Shown here one piece after another: positions 13,691 to 26,499 of a DNA stretch of 64,000 nt. The translations under genes and the position numbers were made by a program. Under the pieces are notes generated by a model that did no database searches, was not told the DNA's origin, and saw only the letters and a program-made list of their open reading frames with translations. How positions within the stretch are numbered: position 1 is the first letter of the stretch; each line of letters opens with the position of its first letter. The DNA comes from Octopus sinensis (taxonomy: Eukaryota): positions 53,010,001 to 53,074,000 of the forward strand of contig NC_043000.1 of the NCBI RefSeq assembly GCF_006345805.1, given 5' to 3'.

Positions 13691-15461
13691 ATATATATAG
13701 ATAGATATAGATATAGATATAGATATATATAGATATATATATATATAGATAGATATAGATATAGATATATATAGATATATATATATAGATAGATATATAT
13801 ATGCGCATATTTTTCATGTATTACAATATATATAACATAAGAATACATTAAAATAGATTGATATTTTCGTATATTCTTATGTCACATATATTATACACGC
13901 ACGTACAAACACACGCACGCGTTTTCTTGCGTATATATATATGTATATATCTATGTGTGTGTGTATAAATTACATATGTATATGTGTGTAAATATGTCGT
14001 TATGTATCTATATATCTCCATACATACATATATATATATACATATATATATATGTGTATGTGTATGTTTGTATAGGCGTATGTATATTTGTATATATGTG
14101 TTTGTATTAGTATCAGTGCGTATCTAATAGTCATCCTTGTTTTATCGGAGATTTTGTTCATATTTTTATAGGTACCTTTGTGTTTTCATATTGTCGATTT
14201 GCATTGTTTTCCCTTTCTTTTTCTTTTAACCCAAATTGTATTTGCGCAAAATAAAACACACAAAAGTTTCAACATCAGACGAAGATAAAAAACAAAAGTT
14301 AAACAACAAATAGAATAAATACATAAAATAAAGCTTAGAACTTTAGCTTAGGAATGATAATAGAGACAATGAAGGAAATATGAGAGAAAAAAATCAATTA
14401 AACATTTAGATGCATTCATATTCAAATTATCCAATTAGCCTTTTTTTTCTTCAGATAATACTGTATAGTAAGCAATAAATTTATAGATATTTACATTTCT
14501 CCTTTCTCATAAACTAAAATATTTCACAAATCACCGCCCTATACATTCAGTCTTTTCAAGCTCACTCACTCGATGTTCATCATCTATCTCTCATTGACTT
14601 TCTTCTACCACTTCTCCTTGTCTTTTCTTCTTTTTCCTTCACATATCTTCATTTTCATTTTCTATGAAGGTATAACCCTCGTGTCTTTTATCTTTACAAT
14701 CGCAGCCGTTTCTTTGAACTATTTCTTTTAATAAAATCTTGCTTTTATTGGAGCAACATATTAGTTATGTGATTGTTTGCGTGTTTATATGCGAATCTGT
14801 ATAATAAACACATACACATATATATGTATATGTGCGTCTATGTAAGTATGTATACATAGATATAGCGCTGCTTTCATACGAAAATAAACAAAAGTCTAAA
14901 ACGCACACACACACGTGTTCGTTTAGATCAATATGTATACATCTGGGTGTAAGAAAATACTTGACTTTGTATGGGCATCGCATACGTATTTGACCACGAG
15001 TTCATATTTGTATATATATATATGAATTTTTGTTTGGCTGCTTATGCAAATGTATGTCTATTTGATGTCCAAACTCACGCAATGAGACATAGTGAGGCAC
15101 AGTTGTAGAAGTTTTAGCTGAAAAATATGCTGTTACTCTGAGTTTCAGTGCAGACTTTCGTGCTTTGATAAATTATTTGAAAGTAGACAACAATAACTTC
15201 AACTCATTATGAGATTCCAATTCATTCGTTTTAATAAATAATATTCTCCTTTCATATCTGCTGAGTATATATTCTTATATACTATTACCCAAACCCACCA
15301 AAAAAGAAATCACTCGTATTTTCTGGATTTTTCGTTAGATGGATACTTTGTATTAGACTACATTGTAAATGATTAATATGTGCAATGATAGCCAAGTCCA
15401 TAGGAGGAGCTTATTGAGTTAACCACACTATTCTCTGAAACCATATCATATACTAACCATG

Positions 15462-15499
<38 letters not shown>

Positions 15500-15654
15500 A
15501 TATATGTATGTGTTTGTGTATAAATGACAAAAGTATAAATGATTATCTTATGAGCTTCATTATTTTACAGTTGTTTCTATCATAAGACGGAGCGGACTCG
15601 TAATTCCTAAGCGAATTATATATGTAGTATGCATGTATGTATTAGATCTATCTA

Positions 15655-15691
15655 GCTATCAATCTATCTATCTATCTATCTATCTATCTAT

Positions 15692-15728
<37 letters not shown>

Positions 15729-15740
15729 TATATATATATA
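15655..15740. repeat. Compound (TCTA)n-(TC)n-(TA)n microsatellite
   Basis: Direct reading. Confidence 0.95.
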
Positions 15741-15958
15741 TAATAATAAATATTAGGGAATAAATCCAAACTTACAGGGAAAAATCAGATTTAGGATTGA
15801 ATCCAAATTTATAGTAAAATATGATATTATATTAAATTAGAGATAAAACCACTAATAGGCAAATCATACAATGAAAAACTTAAGCCAATACATATGATTA
15901 TTTAGTTTATATTATTTAAAAATATAACAAAATTATTTAAAAAATATAATTAATATAA

Positions 15959-16022
15959 CACTACGATCGTTTCATGGCTGTTAATTTCTTTAAATTTTCG
16001 AGTTACAGTCATTCATCAGGTG
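15959..16022 (-). ncRNA. Type I hammerhead ribozyme motif (mirror copy)
   Basis: Reverse complement reads cacCTGATGAatgactgt...acagccatGAAACGATCGTAgtg, identical in the core to the plus-strand copy. Confidence 0.75.
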
Positions 16023-16055
16023 ATTTAAATATTTAACTTGGCGAGTTAAATAAAC

Positions 16056-16119
16056 CACCTGATGAATGACTGTAACTCGAAAATTTAAAGAAATTAACAG
16101 CCATGAAACGATCGTAGTG
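16056..16119 (+). ncRNA. Type I hammerhead ribozyme motif
   Basis: cac-CTGATGA-[ATGACTGT...ACAGCCAT, stem II 7/8 bp]-GAAAC-GATC-GTA-gtg. The core is intact, stem III is the palindrome ACGATCGT, the cleavage triplet is GUA, and stem I is CAC/GTG. Confidence 0.75.
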
Positions 16120-16497
16120 TTATATGAATTATATTTTTTAAATAATTTTGTTATATATTTAAATAATATAAATTAAATAATCTTATGTATTGGCTTAAGT
16201 TTTTCATTGTATGATTTGCCTAATAGTGGTTTTATCTCTAATTTAATATAATATATATATATGTCTTTAAAGTAGGACTGGATCTCTTCCTGTCAGGTGT
16301 ACCGGATGAACCAACTTCACGGCAGGAGGTGCAGATGAGGGCAGCTGCATCGAACTCTCTCATGCACCAAATGGCAGTTGCTAAAACGCATTCGTGAGGT
16401 AAACTCATGTAGCAAACCAAATGGCGGTGCCCCAGCATGGCCACAGCTCATGAGCTGAAACTGGAAAAATCAAAATCAATATATATATATATATATA

Positions 16498-17692
16498 CAG
16501 TGTGTCCCTAAAACATGTTTAGCAGCTGATAACTCATTTGATGTTTTTTTTATTTCCCGATGAAACTCATTGGAAATAGTGAAGGCTGTCAGACTAAACT
16601 TTGAACACAGTAAATTCATTCTAAAATGTTTCTTGAAGTTTAAAAACGCAGTTGAAGTGCAAATGCAGCTTAAGGAGGAGTCTCAAACAGATCTACCAAT
16701 GCGACTCATCATCACTCGTATTAGATATAAGTTTGAAGCCGATGGAACTGTTCAGATTGTCCACGAGAAGCATTTCGGAAGACCACGAAACGAATCACCA
16801 ACGTCTGTCCAAGAAAATCTTTGCGGTAAGTGAGTCAAGCGGTAGGTATTCCAAAATCCTGTGTCCAACGCATTTTGAAGCGTTGTCAATGGAAAAGTTA
16901 CGTTCCAAAATTAGTCCATGCTATTAAAGACGATGATGTAGACCAAAGATTGCAATATTGCCAGTGGTATTTGCCACGATGTCTAGACGATGCACACTTT
17001 CCAACAAAGATTGTGTGGATTTGATGAGGCCACATTCAAATTAAATGGTTCAGTTAACCGCCACAGTTGCACCTACTGGGGACCTGAGAATCTGCATGTT
17101 ATGGTGGAACACCATGTTAATTTACCAGGAGTTACAGTATGGTGGGGCTTACCATCAAGAGGGTTAATTGGACCATTCTTTTTATGATAATGTGACTGGT
17201 CCCGTTTACTTGAACCTGCTGCAACAGTTTGTCATGCCAATCATTAAAGGAGGCTTTGAAGATGAGCAGTTATATTTTCATCAAGATAGGGCACACCAAC
17301 ACTACCATCGCTATGAGATGAGATCCTGCCAAACAGGTGGATTGGACGAAGAGGTTTCGTTGAATACCCTCAGCGTTCACCAGACCACACACCACTAAAC
17401 TTCTTTATGGGGATATAAAATGCTATGAAACCTGCAACGGTCGCTGATTTCAGGAGCACACATTGAACAAGAATACACACAAATACCAAACATATTGTTT
17501 CGTGATATTTGCGATTTAATTGCTTTGCGTTGTCAGCAGTGCCTGGAACAGGACGGACGTCAGTATGAAATCGGGCATTGACAAAACAATAAAATAATGT
17601 CTATACATTCTATTAAATTTTGAAAATGAAATTTGTTTTAATAAATACCTACTTTAAAATTATTTATAATGTGTATAATCTTTTGGGATACC

Positions 17693-17695
<3 letters not shown>
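16498..17695 (+). mobile_element. Full-length but degenerate Tc1/mariner element (motifs resemble the DD41D/rosa group) inserted in (TA)n
   Basis: Imperfect TIRs CAGTGTGTCCCTAAAA and TTTTGGGATACCCTG, each flanked by TA. Frameshifted transposase: N-terminal HTH (KFEADGTV...GRPR), [21 protein letters not shown]...GLIGPFF, FHQD, and RWIGRRG..EYP.RSP. Confidence 0.9.
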
Positions 17696-17730
<35 letters not shown>

Positions 17731-20304
17731 TATATATGCATGTATATGTGTATATATATATATGTATTATATAAATTATATATAGTGTTTGCACGTATTT
17801 TAGCGCATGTATGATCTTGCGTGTGCGTTTAATATTTTCTACATATATTTATTGCTGTATTTTCAACATTTACGTCGAAATATATTTCATCCCTTCTTTA
17901 CTTACACGGTTCTGACATTCCATATAATCCTCAACTATTTATCGTTGATTCTCTATTTATATATGAATTATATCCCGTTTACGTTTCAAATATTTTTGAT
18001 CATATCAATCTCTCACTCTATATATTTTTCTTTTACCTGTTGCTACAGAAATATTATAGGTATATTCAATTCTGCGAACAAGCGCTGATTTGTCATTTAC
18101 GTAGTTTCTGTTTAATATCTCTTTAATAAAGTCCGTCCAGCTCTCTCCATCTAATACACACACATACGCGCACACACGTACGTATATATCTTCTTTTCAT
18201 TTTCGTATCTATTTATCAGCATTTATCTATATTTTTATATATATGTATAAGCACATAAGAACACACAGAAAAGCACACATACTCGCGCAAGGCACGTGCA
18301 CAGAGACACACGCGCACACACGTACACATGAAGATATGTATGTGTTTGTATGTATACATTTGTATAGTTATGAATGGTTAGTGACGATAAATCTTTCGTA
18401 ACGCTGAAGAATGGATTTAGATTGGAAACAAACTCTCTTCCATCATTGTTTCGATTCATTGCTTCTAAATAATAAATATATCTAGATGAAGCACAGATCT
18501 TGTACTGGTCATCCTGTATTGGTCATCTTGACATTTCTGTCTATGACATGCAATGCACACGTCAAGGAAAGCTGAAAACGTCCCTAAAACATACATTGAA
18601 AACACTTAGCTTCGTGTCATTTGTATTGGAAAATGCGAGAAGCAATGATTACTATTCCATCAAGGAAGATTTGTCTTTCTAGAATGTCCATTCAGGAGAT
18701 AACTATCGAAATCACCTGCCAGGAATTGGGATTAGTAGATTTTACCAGCCGCACGAAGACAATTTACAGAGTCGATGAATATCCTCTGCAGTGTCGTAGG
18801 CTTCTTTCTTGATCCGATACAGACTGATGTTGCATGTCGTAGGATTAGATTTGCTGTTAATCCTCACAGTCTTTACGTAGGAAGTCACTCCAATTCAGAT
18901 TTTATCTGTTTTGGAGGAAGAACAAATATTTTTGTTTGTTGCAATCTGATATATTAATTGTTTTTTATACATATACCTCACGTATCTTTTTAATATATTA
19001 TTCTTTGCAGTGTTTCACACAACAGAAGCCTGAAATCTTCCATCAAAATTTTGATAGCTTTCATGTTGCAAATAAAGCGATGTTGCTGTATATTGGTGAA
19101 GTATTGTTTGTTTGAAATAGTTGTTTGAAATTGCTGTTCTGTGTGTAAGCGTATTAGAAGCGGAAATATTATAAAAGAATTGACCAAGATTTTGTAGTGT
19201 GAAACTGGATGTAAACAAGAAGTGAACGTTGAGGATATTTACGGTGGTAATGTTTACGATGCCCTAATTGTTTACAAGAGGAGTAAAAAGGAATCCATAA
19301 GGTTGATGGAGATCGTTTTGGCAAGAGCTCAGAATGATAGGCTCTGTTCCGGAGGCAGGAAAACTTAAAGGCCATATGATAGGCAAAGGCATTCTTTGCA
19401 AACTGGATTGCAATTTTGCAGTAGGTGCGCTGCTAAGTTACATCCAGTTTTGGGGAGCGTGCGAAATTCTCCAAGCATCGTGGGTCTTGATTTTTTTTGT
19501 CTGAACAGCTGGGCACAAATGTGAGTAACAGGGTGATGTTATTTGAATATTTCAAAGCCTGATTAATACAGTATCAGAATAGTGTATTCCGGCGTGTGAC
19601 GCCCTGTGAAAGTGCTCCTTATTTTAAGTGCATGTATGAATAGCAGTATTTGCAGGTGGTTATTATCGTTGTAGTCATTAAGTTTACACATTCATACATA
19701 TAATGTAATTTGAACTTTGTTAGTATTGTCTTCACTGGTTTACATACATCTAGGTTATTACTGAAAACGAATTTAAATTACTATTTCCATAGTATATAAT
19801 TATTCTTAGAATATGGTCTTGCATCAGGGATTTTGAGTTGTTTATTTATGTTCTATGTTTTGTATGCATTTGATTAGCTTTATTTATGTTTTTAATAGAT
19901 GCATATTATGTATTAAATATAACATAAAATATCTTATAAGATAATGCAGTGTTATATACCTTCTTCGCAGATATAATGTATTCGTTCATAGGATCTTTCT
20001 ATTAGAGGGCATTTCATTTATACCAAAATTTTCATATGAAATGAAACTCAGTATAACCTAAAGTTATAATTGATTTTCTACAAAATTAGATGCTTAATGT
20101 ATGTACAAATACATACATACATGCATACATGTAAGCTCAGTGAAAATGCTGTTACATACAGTTATATATGATATATATGTTATTATATATGTTACATATA
20201 TACAAAGAAAACACACATGCATCTGTATTAGTATATATATATATATAGACACATACATACATACATATATATATATACAATATAAATGCATACGCACATT
20301 CGTA

Positions 20305-20392
20305 CACGTACATACATACATACATACATACATACATACATACATACATACATACATACATACATACATACATACATACATACATACATACG
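20305..20392. repeat. (TACA)n microsatellite
   Basis: Direct reading. Confidence 0.97.
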
Positions 20393-22073
20393 GATATACA
20401 TACGTATGCATATATGTATATATATAATCTTACTACATCCGTATGCATGCATGTGCGTGTGTCTGCATTTTTTCTTGCATATTTATTTTTTGCAACATCA
20501 ATAAATATTCAGACGATGTATAAGCAATCTTAAAGCTATTGTGAGCATTAGATTTGTGCAGCAAACTTGTGGGAGTGTAGACTATTATGTTCAATATGAC
20601 ATTAATAATTCCCCTGAACATTCTGTATCATATGCTATCGAATGCAAACATTAAGCTAAAGTGACGAATGTAGAATTAAACATCGTTAACAAAGACAACA
20701 CACCGCCTATGAACTTATGATTGCTAGTGTCATTTATTTCTCTCCGTAAACATTAACCCGTTTCCAGTCAACTTACGTATATTGGAGAATGTATTCTTAA
20801 ACTGTCCTCATATTTATTATAGGAGTTGCATAATTCAATAGCGTTGATATTTTGTTGGTATATAAACTACTTGCGAAAAATATAGTGATTGTATGTATTT
20901 ATGTGTGGCAGTAGTGGTAGTCTGTTGTCAATGGAAATATATAATAATATTATGTAAATATAAGCTACTATTCTCACGGAAAGTTTATCGATATATCCAC
21001 TAGGGTAATCTCACCGCACTTAGTTTATCAACAAAAGATTTAATGACATTATTATTCTATGTATGCATCAATATATGCGCATGGGAAGAGTTATATCAAA
21101 GTTATGAATGAAACATTCCCTGGAATATTATCATAAAATGTTATAAATATAAAAACATGTGTAAGTCTTATCAGATTTATGTTATGAATGTAACTGATAG
21201 AAATAGTATTATCTCATAAATATTTTCTTACATAGAAATCACCCTTGCCTTAAGTGAAAAAGAAACGGTATTTTATCACGGTCATATTTTTTGTCAGTTT
21301 TTGTTCATATCACCAGTGCCGAAAGAGAGAAGATTCCAAATACAAACCTGAAATGCAACATTGGCTAGTGTTTTCTCTAAGAGTACAAAATGCGTATCAT
21401 CTGAAGACTCACATAAAATAGTTTCACATGAATTTCATGAAAACTGATAGAATACTTGGTGCCAGACGCCAATAAGAATATATAAAATAACTGAATAATT
21501 CATTGTGAACCGCACTTTCATGGTATTATCTCATAAATATCATAAATGAAGCACCAAAAGTTGTAAGATTAGCATCGTGCAGAGGTTATGAAGAGCACTT
21601 TTTATATTGATACGATGTAATTAGAACTTTTAGTGGAATAAAATTATATGATTATATGTAGATTATTTAAATAAAATTTTGCGTATAATCACGTAGGAAA
21701 AGACTACCATCAAAATATCTTTATACACTTCTAAAATTAATAATATTTTCTTACCTATAACCAATCGGAAATTATTTTGATATTATATAGCTTTTCAGAT
21801 AAAACGATATAACATTTGTAATTTCTGACATAGGGGCATACACGTGTATGTATTTACAGATGTATTCTTATATGTAAGTGTGTATACATTTAAGTATATG
21901 CCATATATGTATGCTTACATACATATATCACATGGAAAAATACTTGAAAATAATAAACTTCTCAATTTACATATTCAAACAGGTTTACCAGTATGTTACA
22001 GCTACTTAAAAAAAAAAAAAATTCAGCACATTTCCAAGCGGAATTGATGGTTCTTGTTTTGTGGTCAGGCATC

Positions 22074-22290
22074 AAGACGGCTAGCTGACAGAAATGTTAG
22101 CACGCCGGGCGAAATGCTTAGTGGTATTTCGTTTGTCTTTACGTTCTTATTTCAAATGTCATCGGGGTCGACTTTGCTTTTGATACTTTCGGGGTCGATA
22201 AACTAAATACAAGTTGGATACTGGGGTAGATCTAATCGACTGGCTCCCTCCCCCAGATTTTTGGGCCTTGTCCCTAGAGTAGAAAATATT
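22074..22290 (+). mobile_element. SINE family 1 (tail type B)
   Basis: Homologous to 2664-2892 through ...TAATCGACT, then a different tail: CTCCCCCAGATTTTTGGGCCTTGTCCCTAGAGTAGAAAA. Confidence 0.88.
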
Positions 22291-23650
22291 TCTTGTCATA
22301 CATTTTCCTCAACGGAAGAATTCCTGCAGGTGAGAAGGAGATGAAAAATGAAAGTAGTGACTCGGCGTCGATTGAGATGAAACATTGTTGTTGGGAACGG
22401 AGCATTACAGAACGTTTGGGTTCTGCATTAATGTGTCATTATATAATGTGTTATGATATGGGCGCTAACCTTAGGGACAGGTCGATGGTTACAGACCTTT
22501 TTAAAGAAACAGAAATTTTGTATAATATGGATAAACTATCGAAAGCCGTAAAATTGAGGTAGCTTCTAGTATACTGTATATAGCTGAAAAGCAAAAAGCA
22601 CGGAAAGTTTCCTATAGCGGTGGTGTAATTGCTAAATCTTGGTCTTTGTGTATTTGCTTGTCGTCGGTAGAAAGTATACTCTATCAACCGTATGCTTAGA
22701 GAGAATTCGCTTCTGCTGATGCAATTGAACAATGATCAACACATTGTGTGATGTTAAAAATGGAACAAATATATTTGATTGAGTTAAAATCGAATTCATA
22801 TGATTTCATGTTGAAAATCTAAAAACATTTTTGAGGTAATATTCTATTTTATTCTATAATTTGTAACCAAGCATCGTGAAGGCTGTTGAAAAAAAGCGCC
22901 TTCTCAGTTGCTCGATTTAATCGTTGATTTGTTACATTCGAATGTTATTTAACAGGATAATATAAATGGTCACGAAATTAGCTGCAAAAGTATGTACAAT
23001 AGGAAACTAATTTAGCTAGTTTCATAGCGAAGTGCATTTCAAATATTATCCAAAATAAATACTGAAAATGTTTTATTTTTTAATCTGAAGATGTTAAATA
23101 TTCTAATGATTCAGTAAAAACGGTTATATCACGATTAAATGTAACGCATTTAGTGATTATAGTTTGGTGCTTTATAAAGCAAAGTCTAATAAACATAATA
23201 GATTTCCTCGAAACATTATTCGCGTATGCGAAACGGATTCTAATAATCAAGTTATTAACATACTAAGTTGGGCAAGCAATGCATTACCAAACTAAATAAA
23301 TAATGCTATTTCATTTTCACTATAAATTCTAACCTCTAATTCGCCAGAAAGGACTCCATCATTTAAAATTTATATTTCAAATAAAGTACACCGGAGTTGC
23401 TAATTTCCGGCAATGAAAATTTGAAATAACTGAATTCACAGTCTACAGAATTCGTTGATGAAAGTTGATATATGTATTTGCAAGGTAGGTTAATATATGA
23501 ACAGTATACATAGAAATATGTGTAATATATGTACATTTAAATAAATATCGTTAATTAACTTCAACAAATGATTATTCACTTAACATAATAAGAAAACTTT
23601 CATAAGTAATTATTCTGTTTTTAGAAAACTTTAAAAATATTTATTTCAGC

Positions 23651-23790
23651 TTGAATTCCGCCGAGGTCGATTTTGCTCCTCATCCTTTTGGGGTCGATAA
23701 ATTAAGTACCAGTTGCGTACTGAGGTCGATCGAATCGACTGGTCCTCAACCCCCAAACTTTGGGCGTTGTGCCTAGATTAGAAAAGAATA
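23651..23790 (+). mobile_element. 5'-truncated SINE family 1 (tail type B)
   Basis: AATTCCGCCGAGGTCGA...GGGGTCGATAAATTAAGTACCAG...TTGTGCCTAGATTAGAAAAG. Confidence 0.85.
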
Positions 23791-24229
23791 ATCTCACCTT
23801 GAAATAGATACACAAACATTTTGATATAATATGTGGTTTGGAAAGTAAAATGATTTTATTATTAGATTTTGTTTATGCATCATACTGCGTAATTTAGAAT
23901 ACATTGAAACATGTATGTAAGCATTTAAGCTCTGGAGATTGAGATTAAGTGGAAAGTGCTCATGTTCTCTTCATTAATCAGCACGCTGATTTGGAATTTT
24001 GTAACAGATCAGTTTCGGAGTTGATGAATTCTGAAAGCTTTCTTACTACAACTCTGACATCAATAGAAATAACAAAGTTAATTGCAGTGCGTGTGTGGCC
24101 TATATATTTGTTTGAATACACACACACACACACACGCGTATAAGTATATATAAACATGCGCAAAAACATGCATATATCTACATACATATATATGAATAAG
24201 ACAGACGCACAAACATATTCACACATAAG

Positions 24230-24420
24230 CGTCTATCTATCTTTCTATCTATCTATCTGTGTGTATACATATGTGTATGTGTGTACTATGTATATATTTA
24301 TAGATAGAAAGATATATAGAAAGAAAGAAAGATGGATATATAGATAGATGGATAGATAGATAGAAAGATAGATAGATAGATAGATAAAGAGAAAGAGATA
24401 TAGACAGATATGTAGATAGA
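24230..24420. repeat. (TCTA)n / (GATA)n compound microsatellite tract
   Basis: Direct reading. Confidence 0.9.
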
Positions 24421-24519
24421 TTCGTACTAAAAAGCGTGGAATAAAATATGTGTAGGCACAAAGACATATTACACGTTCACGTATTCTCGATAGTGGGAAG
24501 GCCTTGTTAAATATGCTAC

Positions 24520-25555
24520 TGTTATGGTTCGGCTAGTGCAGTATTTCTTGACCCACTTTGTGGGAGTGGCGCCTGCAAGTCTGGAGTAAAAAGCTTACAG
24601 CCCTTTGTTTACTGGAAGAGTAATGGCTTTTGGAGGGACCTTTGGCCTTGTGCCGGTTGATTAGGGGTCAGAGAGATGTGAGGGCTCAGGAAGACAGATT
24701 AAGGGATCTGAGAGCTGTTGTGAGAGAATGACAGGGACAGCGTCGATAAAGATAGGGACATAGGACCAGGCGGGATAGAGAGAGTATAAGGCTAAGGGAC
24801 AGATTGAGGGTAGTGATATAGGGACAGTCGGTATTCGGTCGTCAAGGCGGACAGTCGGATTTTGGTCGTCATGGCAAGCGGTTGGGATGCAGGAGCTTGG
24901 CAAGTTGGAGTTAGCAGTACAGAGAGATATATATACAGAGGAATAGGCGGCTGTTGGAGAGGAACTACAATATGGGACACTGGCTATTCTAGTAGGAACT
25001 AAAGGTATTTAATTATGTATTGATACGTGTTACGATGTAAAGAGACTGTAAAAGAAAAAAAGAGAAAGAAGAAAGAGAGAGAAAAAGAAGGACTCTGATG
25101 TAGTCGTTAAAGACTTTGAACTGTAACGTGAATTGTTGTGATACGAACATTGTATAATGAAAATTGAACTGTTAGGCCTGTAATGTCCTTGAACTGTATA
25201 TGACTTGTTGATGTGTTTTGAAATAGAACTGTGTCTTCGGACGTGTATTCTTTAATTGCTGTTGTTATTGAACTTGTGTTGTTACCGGACGGTTATATTG
25301 TATCTGCAACTTTAAATGCTTTGATGTTGTAACAATTGATTGTCATAAACTAGTTGTTAAATGTAAGCCAGTTGTGCCTTGCCTCTTTGTGTCTCTTTCG
25401 GTTGCCTCTGTATCTCACTGTGCTGTTGCTGCTGTTGTTGTTGTGTCTCTCTCTCCTCTCCTCTCCGAGTTTCCGTAGCCTATTCGCTGCATCGAACGGG
25501 CCTGTGCGTGAGGGATTCCGTAACAGTTCGAATCGGAGGTCCCCCCCTCGTAACA
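24520..25555. mobile_element. Probable solo LTR (Gypsy-like), 1036 bp
   Basis: Begins TGTTATG and ends CGTAACA (6/7 terminal inverted match). Flanked by a perfect 4-bp duplication CTAC (24516-24519 and 25556-25559). GC-richer than its flanks, with repeated GGGACA motifs. Confidence 0.6.
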
Positions 25556-25827
25556 CTACGTTTATATATATATTTTTAATGTTGCTTCGGGGAACTCTGA
25601 ATAATTTCAGTTTCACAAAATTTTACGTATACCGTCGACCTTACTGTTTGCTAGCGTTCCATATGACAACATTTGTTTTAATGGGGCTATGAATGAAGGA
25701 TTCATTCTCCGTGTCACATGACGTTCAAAACCGGATACATACATCTCACCAGCCATTTGTGCATCGAAATTTTTTCACGCATTCGAGTTTAGCAGGACGT
25801 TGTACATTCATATAATGTCATTTTGTG

Positions 25828-25842
25828 GTAGTAGTAGTAGTA

Positions 25843-25885
<43 letters not shown>
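25828..25885. repeat. (TAG)n microsatellite
   Basis: Direct reading. Confidence 0.97.
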
Positions 25886-26499
25886 TACTAGTTAGAAATT
25901 CAAACATTTACATCTCACAGTAACACTAATACCCAAAGGTGAGAATTTCTAATCATATTAGCCTCATAATTAACAGAATATTAAAAAGCAAATTTGTATT
26001 AGTCTCGACATTAACAATTAATGTTTAAAGACAAAGCCTGATACCATAACGAGGTCCTTAGTATTCCAACATCATTTTAATGCTCAGATAGAGTTATTAG
26101 ATGTCACAACGGCAATCAACACATTATAGACAAAACAGCTGTGAAAAACTAAAGGTGAAACGTCTGTTTTTGCCATGTGTGTTTATGTGTGTATATGCGG
26201 TGATTGTGTGTTGGCACTGTTTCATTGAACGCAGAGAGTTCTGAGGACTAAATTCTCTTTATTCGGCTGTAATATTCCTTAGTAACACTTGTTTTGCTAT
26301 AGGTGCCATTATGAGATATGTTTTCATCCACACTTAGTTACCTGTAACATTCCTCTTCTGATGCAGGAGAAACGGTCAAATTATTGATTGAGATGCCATT
26401 AGTCTGGTATATAATTTTTCCCTATTTTCACAACCATATAACATTTATCCTGACCAACCCTATTTCCACTTGAGAATGTTGTAACTAGGCCAAGGCTTC

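Larger units (their letters stand above)
15824..16254. mobile_element. ~430-bp near-perfect palindrome; probable Penelope-like/retrozyme-derived inverted element
   Basis: Left arm 15824-16022 is the reverse complement of right arm 16056-16254, with few mismatches. The central spacer holds a second hairpin, TATTTAACT/AGTTAAATA. Unpaired complex sequence extends left to ~15741. Confidence 0.85.

Noticed and set aside
18480-19700. GC-elevated stretch with faint minus-strand SQGV...LF..CIN (RT-like) and LAGDFD (APE-like) words
   Set aside because: The motifs are in the wrong order for a LINE ORF2 and heavily interrupted. It may be a very old TE, but it cannot be assigned.
24565-24580. TGGCGCC resembling a tRNA-Lys primer-binding site
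   Set aside because: Only 7 nt match, and it lies inside the putative LTR rather than just after it.
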